64,000 nt of DNA, taken from positions 212,164,001 to 212,228,000 of the forward strand of contig OZ024743.1 of the NCBI GenBank assembly GCA_964016885.1, written 5' to 3'. Origin of the DNA: Eledone cirrhosa (lineage: Eukaryota). A program made the position numbers and the translations under genes. The notes under the pieces are model-generated. The model worked only from the letters and a program-made list of their open reading frames with translations. It had not been told where the DNA came from and ran no database searches. Positions 1-9,800 of this stretch are shown here, one piece after another (position 1 is the first letter of the stretch; each line of letters opens with the position of its first letter).

Positions 1-60
1 CTCATTTAGCATGGGCAGTTTTTCTTGAAGATCACACCACACACAGCCAATGAGTGTCTG

Positions 61-260
61 CACATGTACCAGTAATTAGAGATCGATCCGACCACGGGCG
101 GCCGGCCCACGATCGAGGAAAAGGTAACTCCGCCGGCAAATCGTCATTTTTGTGATCCGTTTTCTTCGAAGCACACCATTCGCCGCCGGACTTCAGCTGC
201 CTCATTTAGCATGGGCAGTTTTTTTTGAAAATCACACCACACACAACCAATGTGTGTCTG
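61..260. repeat. Monomer class B exemplar (200 bp)
   Basis: Diagnostic sequence TTAGAGATCGATCCGA...CACGATCGAG(G/A)AAAAGGTAACTCCGCCGGC...TTTTTGTGATCC...CGCCGCCGG...T8GAAAATC...CAACCAATGTG. Differs from class A by about 13 substitutions plus 4 bp. Confidence 0.95.
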
Positions 261-848
261 CACATGTACCAGTAATTACAGATCGATCCCACCACGGGCG
301 GCCGGCCCACAATCGAAAAGGTTACTCCGCCTGCAAATCGTCATTTTCGGATTCGTTTTCTTCGAAGCACACCATTCGCCGGCGGACTTCAGCTGCCTCA
401 TTTAGCATGAGCAGTTTTTCTTGAAGATCACACCACACACAGCCAATGAGTGTCTGCACATGTACCAGTAATTACAGATGGATCCCCCCACGGGCGGCCG
501 GCCCACAATCGAAAAGGTTACTCCGCCTGCAAATCGTCATTTTCGGATTCGTTTTCTTCGAAGCACACCATTCGCCGGCGGACTTCAGCTGCCTCATTTA
601 GCATGAGCAGTTTTTCTTGAAGATCACACCACACACAGCCAATGAGTGTCTGCACATGTACCAGTAATTACAGATGGATCCCCCCACGGGCGGCCGGCCC
701 ACAATCGAAAAGGTTACTCCGCCTGCAAATCGTCATTTTCGGATTCGTTTTCTTCGAAGCACACCATTCGCCGGCGGACTTCAGCTGCCTCATTTAGCAT
801 GAGCAGTTTTTCTTGAAGATCACACCACACACAGCCAATGAGTGTCTG

Positions 849-1044
849 CACATGTACCAGTAATTACAGATGGATCCCACCACGGGCGGCCGGCCCACAA
901 TCGAAAAGGTTACTCCGCCTGCAAATCGTCATTTTCGGATTCGTTTTCTTCGAAGCACACCATTCGCCGGCGGACTTCAGCTGCCTCATTTAGCATGGGC
1001 AGTTTTTCTTGAAGATCACACCACACACAGCCAATGAGTGTCTG
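849..1044. repeat. Monomer class A exemplar (196 bp), the most abundant class
   Basis: Diagnostic sequence GATGGATCCC...CACAATCGAAAAGGTTACTCCGCCTGC...TTTTCGGATTC...CGCCGGCGG...TTTTTCTTGAAGATC...CAGCCAATGAG. Sub-variants: A' (GATCGATCCC head, e.g. 261), CCCCCC head (e.g. 457), and ATGAGC versus ATGGGC. Confidence 0.95.
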
Positions 1045-1244
1045 CACATGTACCAGTAATTAGAGATCGATCCGACCACGGGCGGCCGGCCCACGATCGA
1101 GAAAAAGGTAACTCCGCCGGCAAATCGTCATTTTTGTGATCCGTTTTCTTCGAAGCACACCATTCGCCGCCGGACTTCAGCTGCCTCATTTAGCATGGGC
1201 AGTTTTTTTTGAAAATCACACCACACACAACCAATGTGTGTCTG

Positions 1245-1441
1245 CACATGTACCAGTAATTACAGATCGATCCGACCACGGGCGGCCGGCCCGCGATTGA
1301 AAAGGTAACTCCGCCGGCAAATCGTCATTTTTGTGATTCGTTTTCTTCGAAGCACACCATTCGCCGCCGGACTTCAGCTGCCTCATTTAGCATGGGCAGT
1401 TTTTTTTGAAAATCACACCACACACAACCAATTTGTGTCTG
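1245..1441. repeat. Monomer class C exemplar (197 bp)
   Basis: Diagnostic sequence CAGATCGATCCGA...CCCGCGATTGAAAAGGTAAC...TTTTTGTGATTC. Its tail matches class B. Confidence 0.95.
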
Positions 1442-1864
1442 CACATGTACCAGTAATTACAGATCGATCCGACCACGGGCGGCCGGCCCGCGATTGAAAA
1501 GGTAACTCCGCCGGCAAATCGTCATTTTTGGATTCGTTTTCTTCGAAGCACACCATTCGCCGGCGTACTTTGTTGACGTTTAACACGGTTTGGTTCCACA
1601 GCCACAACTATTGATTTTAAGGAGATATCTTGCTGAAATTCACGCCACACATAGCCAATGAGTGTCTGCACATGTACCAGTAATTACAGATGGATCCCAC
1701 CACGGGCGGCCGGCCCACAATCGAAAAGGTTACTCCGCCTGCAAATCGTCATTTTCGGATTCGTTTTCTTCGAAGCACACCATTCGCCGGCGGACTTCAG
1801 CTGCCTCATTTAGCATGGGCAGTTTTTTTTGAAAATAACACCACACACAACCAATGTGTGTCTG

Positions 1865-2032
1865 CACATGTACCAGTAATTACAGATCGATCCCACCACG
1901 AGTTCAATGTAAACAAACTTACGCTCAACGACTTTGTTGACGTTTAACACGGTTTGGTTCCACAGCCACAACTATTGATTTTAAGGAGATATCTTGCTGA
2001 AATTCACGCCACACATAGCCAATGAGTGTTTG
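1865..2032. repeat. Monomer class D exemplar (168 bp): shared box plus an unrelated 97-bp segment (1901-1997); 36 copies counted by eye
   Basis: After CCCACCACG the sequence switches to AGTTCAATGTAAACAAACTTACGCTCAACGACTTTGTTGACG...GAGATATCTTGC. It rejoins the satellite at TGAAATTCACGCCACACATAGCCAATG. Confidence 0.95.
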
Positions 2033-2259
2033 CACATGTACCAGTAATTACAGATCGATCCGACCACGGACGGCCGGCCCGCGATTGAAAAGGTAACTCC
2101 GCCGGCAAATCGTCATTTTTGGATTCGTTTTCTTCGAAGCACACCATTCGCCGGCGTACTTTGTTGACGTTTAACACGGTTTGGTTCCACAGCCACAACT
2201 ATTGATTTTAAGGAGATATCTTGCTGAAATTCACGCCACACATAGCCAATGAGTGTCTG
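2033..2259. repeat. Monomer class E exemplar (227 bp): C-like 5' part fused to the 3' part of the D segment; 25 copies counted by eye
   Basis: C-like head up to ATTCGCCGGCG, then (G/T)ACTTTGTTGACGTTTAACACGG...GATATCTTGCTGAAATTCACG, which is identical to the D segment. Confidence 0.95.
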
Positions 2260-3889
2260 CACATGTACCAGTAATTACAGATGGATCCCACCACGGGCGG
2301 CTGGCCCACAATCGAAAAGGTTACTCCGCCTGCAAATCGTCATTTTCGGATTCGTTTTCTTCGAAGCACACCATTCGCCGGCGGACTTGAGCTGCCTCAT
2401 TTAGCATGAGCAGTTTTTCTTGAAGATCACACCACACACAGCCAATGAGTGTCTGCACATGTACCAGTAATTACAGATGGATCCCACCACGGGCGGCCGG
2501 CCCACAATCGAAAAGGTTACTCCGCCTGCAAATCGTCATTTTCGGATTCGTTTTCTTCGAAGCACACCATTCGCCGGCGGACTTCAGCTGCCTCATTTAG
2601 CATGAGCAGTTTTTCTTGAAGATCACACCACACATAGCCAATGAGTGTCTGCACATGTACCAGTAATTACAGATGGATCCCACCACGGGCGGCCGGCCCA
2701 CAATCGAAAAGGTTACTCTGCCTGCAAATCGTCATTTTCGGATTCGTTTTCTTCGAAGCACACCATTCGCCGGCGGACTTCAGCTGCCTCATTTAGCATG
2801 GGCAGTTTTTCTTGAAGATCACACCACACACAGCCAATGAGTGTCTGCACATGTACCAGTAATTACAGATGGATCCCACCACGGGCGGCTGGCCCACAAT
2901 CGAAAAGGTTACTCCGCCTGCAAATCGTCATTTTCGGATTCGTTTTCTTCGAAGCACACCATTCGCCGGCGGACTTCAGCTGCCTCATTTAGCATGGGCA
3001 GTTTTTCTTGAAGATCACACCACACACAGCCAATGAGTGTCTGCACATGTACCAGTAATTAGAGATCGATCCGACCACGGGCGGCCGGCCCACGATCGAG
3101 GAAAAGGTAACTCCGCCGGCAAATCGTCATTTTTGTGATCCGTTTTCTTCGAAGCACACCATTCGCCGCCGGACTTCAGCTGCCTCATTTAGCATGGGCA
3201 GTTTTTTTTGAAAATCACACCACACACAACCAATGTGTGTCTGCACATGTACCAGTAATTACAGATCGATCCCACCACGGGCGGCCGGCCCACAATCGAA
3301 AAGGTTACTCCGCCTGCAAATCGTCATTTTCGGATTCGTTTTCTTCGAAGCACACCATTCGCCGGCGGACTTCAGCTGCCTCATTTAGCATGAGCAGTTT
3401 TTCTTGAAGATCACACCACACACAGCCAATGAGTGTCTGCACATGTACCAGTAATTACAGATGGATCCCCCCACGGGCGGCCGGCCCACAATCGAAAAGG
3501 TTACTCCGCCTGCAAATCGTCATTTTCGGATTCGTTTTCTTCGAAGCACACCATTCGCCGGCGGACTTCAGCTGCCTCATTTAGCCTGAGCAGTTTTTCT
3601 TGAAGATCACACCACACACAGCCAATGAGTGTCTGCACATGTACCAGTAATTACAGATGGATCCCACCACGGGCGGCCGGCCCACAATCGAAAAGGTTAC
3701 TCCGCCTGCAAATCGTCATTTTCGGATTCGTTTTCTTCGAAGCACACCATTCGCCGGCGGACTTCAGCTGCCTCATTTAGCATGGGCAGTTTTTCTTGAA
3801 GATCACACCACACACAGCCAATGAGTGTCTGCACATGTACCAGTAATTAGAGATCGATCCGACCACGGGCGGCCGGCCCACGATCGAGA

Positions 3890-6800
3890 AAAAGGTAACT
3901 CCGCCGGCAAATCGTCATTTTTGTGATCCGTTTTCTTCGAAGCACACCATTCGCCGCCGGACTTCAGCTGCCTCATTTAGCATGGGCAGTTTTTTTTGAA
4001 AATCACACCACACACAACCAATGTGTGTCTGCACATGTACCAGTAATTACAGATCGATCCGACCACGGGCGGCCGGCCCGCGATTGAAAAGGTAACTCCG
4101 CCGGCAAATCGTCATTTTTGTGATTCGTTTTCTTCGAAGCACACCATTCGCCGCCGGACTTCAGCTGCCTCATTTAGCATGGGCAGTTTTTTTTGAAAAT
4201 CACACCACACACAACCAATGTGTGTCTGCACATGTACCAGTAATTACAGATCGATCCCACCACGAGTTCAATGTAAACTAACTTACGCTCAACGACTTTG
4301 TTGACGTTTAACACGGTTTGGTTCCACAGCCACAACTATTGATTTTAAGGAGATATCTTGCTGAAATTCACGCCACACATAGCCAATGAGTGTCTGCACA
4401 TGTACCAGTAATTACAGATCGATCCGACCACGGACGGCCGGCCCGCGATTAAAAAGGTAACTCCGCCGGCAAATCGTCATTTTTGGATTCGTTTTCTTCG
4501 AAGCACACCATTCGCCGGCGTACTTTGTTGACGTTTAACACGGTTTGGTTCCACAGCCACAACTATTGATTTTAAGGAGATATCTTGCTGAAATTCACGC
4601 CACACATAGCCAATGAGTGTCTGCACATGTACCAGTAATTACAGATGGATCCCACCACGGGCGGCCGGCCCACAATCGAAAAGGTTACTCCGCCTGCAAA
4701 TCGTCATTTTCGGATTCGTTTTCTTCGAAGCACACCATTCGCCGGCGGACTTCAGCTGCCTCATTTAGCATGAGCAGTTTTCCTTGAAGATCACACCACA
4801 CACAGCCAATGAGTGTCTGCACATGTACCAGTAATTACAGATGGATCCCACCACGGGCGGCCGGCCCACAATCGAAAAGGTTACTCCGCCTGCAAATCGT
4901 CATTTTCGGATTCGTTTTCTTCGAAGCACACCATTCGCCGGCGGACTTCAGCTGCCTCATTTAGCATGGGCAGTTTTTCTTGAAGATCACACCACACACA
5001 CCCAATGAGTGTCTGCACATGTACCAGTAATTAGAGATCGATCCGACCACGGGCGGCCGGCCCACGATCGAGAAAAAGGTAACTCCGCCGGCAAATCGTC
5101 ATTTTTGTGATCCGTTTTCTTCGAAGCACACCATTCGCCGCCGGACTTCAGCTGCCTCATTTAGCATGGGCAGTTTTTTTTGAAAATCACACCACACACA
5201 ACCAATGTGTGTCTGCACATGTACCAGTAATTACAGATCGATCCGACCACGGGCGGCCGGCCCGCGATTGAAAAGGTAACTCCGCCGGCAAATCGTCATT
5301 TTTGTGATTCGTTTTCTTCGAAGCACACCATTCGCCGCCGGACTTCAGCTGCCTCATTTAGCATGGGCAGTTTTTTTTGAAAATCACACCACACACAACC
5401 AATGTGTGTCTGCACATGTACCAGTAATTACAGATCGATCCCACCACGAGTTCAATGTAAACAAACTTACGCTCAACGACTTTGTTGACGTTTAACACGG
5501 TTTGGTTCCACAGCCACAACTATTGATTTTACGGAGATATCTTGCTGAAATTCACGCCACACATAGCCAATGAGTGTCTGCACATCTACCAGTAATTACA
5601 GATGGATCCCACCACGGGCGGCCGGCCCACAATCGAAACGGTTACTCCGCCTGCAAATCGTCATTTTCGGATTCGTTTTCTTCGAAGCACACCATTCGCC
5701 GGCGGACTTCAGCTGCCTCATTTAGCATGAGCAGTTTTTCTTGAAGATCACACCACACACAGCCAATGAGTGTCTGCACATGTACCAGTAATTACAGATG
5801 GATCCCACCACGGGCGGCCGGCCCACAATCGAAAAGGTTACTCCGCCTGCAAATCGTCATTTTCGGATTCGTTTTCTTCGAAGCACACCATTCGCCGGCG
5901 GACTTCAGCTGCCTCATTTAGCATGGGCAGTTCTTCTTGAAGATCACACCACACACAGCCAATGAGTGTCTGCACATGTACCAGTAATTACAGATGGATC
6001 CCACCACGGGCGGCCGGCCCACAATCGAAAAGGTTACTCCGCCTGCAAATCGTCATTTTCGGATTCGTTTTCTTCGAAGCACACCATTCGCCGGCGGACT
6101 TCAGCTGCCTCATTTAGCATGGGCAGTTTTTCTTGAAGATCACACCACACACAGCCAATGAGTGTCTGCACATGTACCAGTAATTAGAGATCGATCCGAC
6201 CACGGGCGGCCGGCCCACGATCGAGAAAAAGGTAACTCCGCCGGCAAATCGTCATTTTTGTGATCCGTTTTCTTCGAAGCACACCATTCGCCGCCGGACT
6301 TCAGCTGCCTCATTTAGCATGGGCAGTTTTTTTTGAAAATCACACCACACACAACCAATGTGTGTCTGCACATGTACCAGTAATTACAGATCGATCCCAC
6401 CACGGGCGGCCGGCCCACAATCGAAAAGGTTACTCCGCCTGCAAATCGTCATTTTCGGATTCGTTTTCTTCGAAGCACACCATTCGCCGGCGGACTTCAG
6501 CTGCCTCATTTAGCATGAGCAGTTTTTCTTGAAGATCACACCACACACAGCCAATGAGTGTCTGCACATGTACCAGTAATTACAGATGGATCCCCCCACG
6601 GGCGGCCGGCCCACAATCGAAAAGGTTACTCCGCCTGCAAATCGTCATTTTCGGATTCGTTTTCTTCGAAGCACACCATTCGCCGGCGGACTTCAGCTGC
6701 CTCATTTAGCATGAGCAGTTTTTCTTGAAGATCACACCACACACAGCCAATGAGTGTCTGCACATGTACCAGTAATTACAGATGGATCCCACCACGGGCG

Positions 6801-9800
6801 GCCGGCCGACAATCGAAAAGGTTACTCCGCCTGCAAATCGTCATTTTCGGATTCGTTTTCTTCGAAGCACACCATTCGCCGGCGGACTTCAGCTGCCTCA
6901 TTTAGCATGGGCAGTTTTTCTTGAAGATCACACCACACACAGCCAATGAGTGTCTGCACATGTACCAGTAATTACAGATGGATCCCACCACGGGCGGCCG
7001 GCCCACAATCGAAAAGGTTACTCCGCCTGCAAATCGTCATTTTCGGATTCGTTTTCTTCGAAGCACACCATTCGCCGGCGGACTTCAGCTGCCTCATTTA
7101 GCATGGGCAGTTTTTCTTGAAGATCACACCACACACAGCCAATGAGTGTCTGCACATGTACCAGTAATTAGAGATCGATCCGACCACGGGCGGCCGGCCC
7201 ACGATCGAGAAAAAGGTAACTCCGCCGGCAAATCGTCATTTTTGTGATCCGTTTTCTTCGAAGCACACCATTCGCCGCCGGACTTCAGCTGCCTCATTTA
7301 GCATGGGCAGTTTTTTTTGAAAATCACACCACACACAACCAATGTGTGTCTGCACATGTACCAGTAATTACAGATCGATCCGACCACGGGCGGCCGGCCC
7401 GCGATTTAAAAGGTAACTCCGCCAGCAAATCGTCATTTTTGTGATTCGTTTTCTTCGAAGCACACCATTCGCCGCCGGACTTCAGCTGCCTCATTTAGCA
7501 TGGGCAGTTTTTTTTGAAAATCACACCACACACAACCAATGTGTGTCTGCACATGTACCAGTAATTACAGATCGATCCCACCACGAGTTCAATGTAAACA
7601 AACTTACGCTCAACGACTTTGTTGACGTTTAACACGGTTTGGTTCCACAGCCACAACTATTGATTTTAAGGAGATATCTTGCTGAAATTCACGCCACACA
7701 TAGCCAATGAGTGTCTGCACATGTACCAGTAATTAGAGATCGATCCGACCACGGGCGGCCGGCCCACGATCGAGGAAAAGGTAACTCCGCCGGCAAATCG
7801 TCATTTTTGTGATCCGTTTTCTTCGAAGCACACCATTCGCCGCCGGACTTCAGCTGCCTCATTTAGCATGGGCAGTTTTTTTTGAAAATCACACCACACA
7901 CAACCAATGTGTGTCTGCACATGTACCAGTAATTACAGATCGATCCCACCACGGGCGGCCGGCCCACAATCGAAAAGGTTACTCCGCCTGCAAATCGTCA
8001 TTTTCGGATTCGTTTTCTTCGAAGCACACCATTCGCCGGCGGACTTCAGCTGCCTCATTTAGCATGAGCAGTTTTTCTTGAAGATCACACCACACACAGC
8101 CAATGAGTGTCTGCACATGTACCAGTAATTACAGATGGATCCCCCCACGGGCGGCCGGCCCACAATCGAAAAGGTTACTCCGCCTGCAAATCGTCATTTT
8201 CGGATTCGTTTTCTTCGAAGCACACCATTCGCCGGCGGACTTCAGCTGCCTCATTTAGCATGAGCAGTTTTTCTTGAAGATCACACCACACACAGCCAAT
8301 GAGTGTCTGCACATGTACCAGTAATTACAGATGGATCCCACCACGGGCGGCCGGCCCACAATCGAAAAGGTTACTCCGCCTGCAAATCGTCATTTTCGGA
8401 TTCGTTTTCTTCGAAGCACACCATTCGCCGGCGGACTTCAGCTGCCTTATTTAGCATGGGCAGTTTTTCTTGAAAATCACACCACACACAACCAATGTGT
8501 GTCTGCACATGTACCAGTAATTACAGATCGATCCCACCACGAGTTCAATGTAAACAAACTTACGCTCAACGACTTTGTTGACGTTTAACACGGTTTGGTT
8601 CCACAGCCACAACTATTGATTTTAAGGAGATATCTTGCTGAAATTCACGCCACACATAGCCAATGAGTGTCTGCACATGTACCAGTAATTACAGATCGAT
8701 CCGACCACGGACGGCCGGCCCGCGATTGAAAAGGTAACTCCGCCGGCAAATCGTCATTTTTGGATTCGTTTTCTTCGAAGCACACCATTCGCCGGCGTAC
8801 TTTGTTGACGTTTAACACGGTTTGGTTCCACAGCCACAACTATTGATTTTAAGGAGATATCTTGCTGAAATTCACGCCACACATAGCCAATGAGTGTCTG
8901 CACATGTACCAGTAATTACAGATGGATCCCACCACGGGCGGCCGGCCCACAATCGAAAAGGTTACTCCGCCTGCAAATCGTCATTTTCGGATTCGTTTTC
9001 TTCGAAGCACACCATTCGCCGGCGGACTTCAGCTGCCTCATTTAGCATGGGCAGTTTTTCTTGAAGATCACACCACACACAGCCAATGAGTGTCTGCACA
9101 TGTACCAGTAATTAGAGATCGATCCGACCACGGGCGGCCGGCCCACGATCGAGAAAAAGGTAACTCCGCCGGCAAATCGTCATTTTTGTGATCCGTTTTC
9201 TTCGAAGCACACCATTCGCCGCCGGACTTCAGCTGCCTCATTTAGCATGGGCAGTTTTTTTTGAAAATCACACCACACACAACCAATGTGTGTCTGCACA
9301 TGTACCAGTAATTACAGATCGATCCCACCACGGGCGGCCGGCCCACAATCGAAAAGGTTACTCCGCCTGCAAATCGTCATTTTCGGATTCGTTTTCTTCG
9401 AAGCACACCATTCGCCGGCGGACTTCAGCTGCCTCATTTAGCATGAGCAGTTTTTCTTGAAGATCACACCACACACAGCCAATGAGTGTCTGCACATGTA
9501 CCAGTAATTACAGATGGATCCCCCCACGGGCGGCCGGCCCACAATCGAAAAGGTTACTCCGCCTGCAAATCGTCATTTTCGGATTCGTTTTCTTCGAAGC
9601 ACACCATTCGCCGGCGGACTTCAGCTGCCTCATTTAGCATGAGCAGTTTTTCTTGAAGATCACACCACACACAGCCAATGAGTGTCTGCACATGTACCAG
9701 TAATTACAGATGGATCCCACCACGGGCGGCCGGCCGACAATCGAAAAAGTTACTCCGCCTGCAAATCGTCATTTTCGGATTCGTTTTCTTCGAAGCACAC

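Noticed and set aside
351-367. CENP-B box-like ATTCGTTTTCTTCGAAG
   Set aside because: It matches only 6 of the 9 essential positions of NTTCGNNNNANNCGGGN, lacking the A and the final GG.
386-392. Hammerhead core on the minus strand (CTGAAGT), and a twister-like TAACTCCGCC in B/C monomers
   Set aside because: The hammerhead core needs CUGANGA plus GAAA directly after stem II, and neither condition is met. The downstream twister motifs are absent.
261-456. Identity with the similarly sized 195-bp Trypanosoma cruzi satellite or another known family
   Set aside because: Only the length is similar, and I recognise none of that family's diagnostic sequence here. No family or organism can be assigned without a database search.
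1900-1910. Pol III B-box / tRNA T-loop-like GAGTTCAATGT at the start of the D segment
   Set aside because: It is an imperfect match to GTTCRANNC, with no T-stem, no convincing A box and no cloverleaf.
1983-1990. Shine-Dalgarno-like AAGGAGAT in the D/E segment
   Set aside because: No start codon at a suitable spacing and no credible downstream ORF. The motif is mutated in many copies (ACGGAG, AAGTAG).
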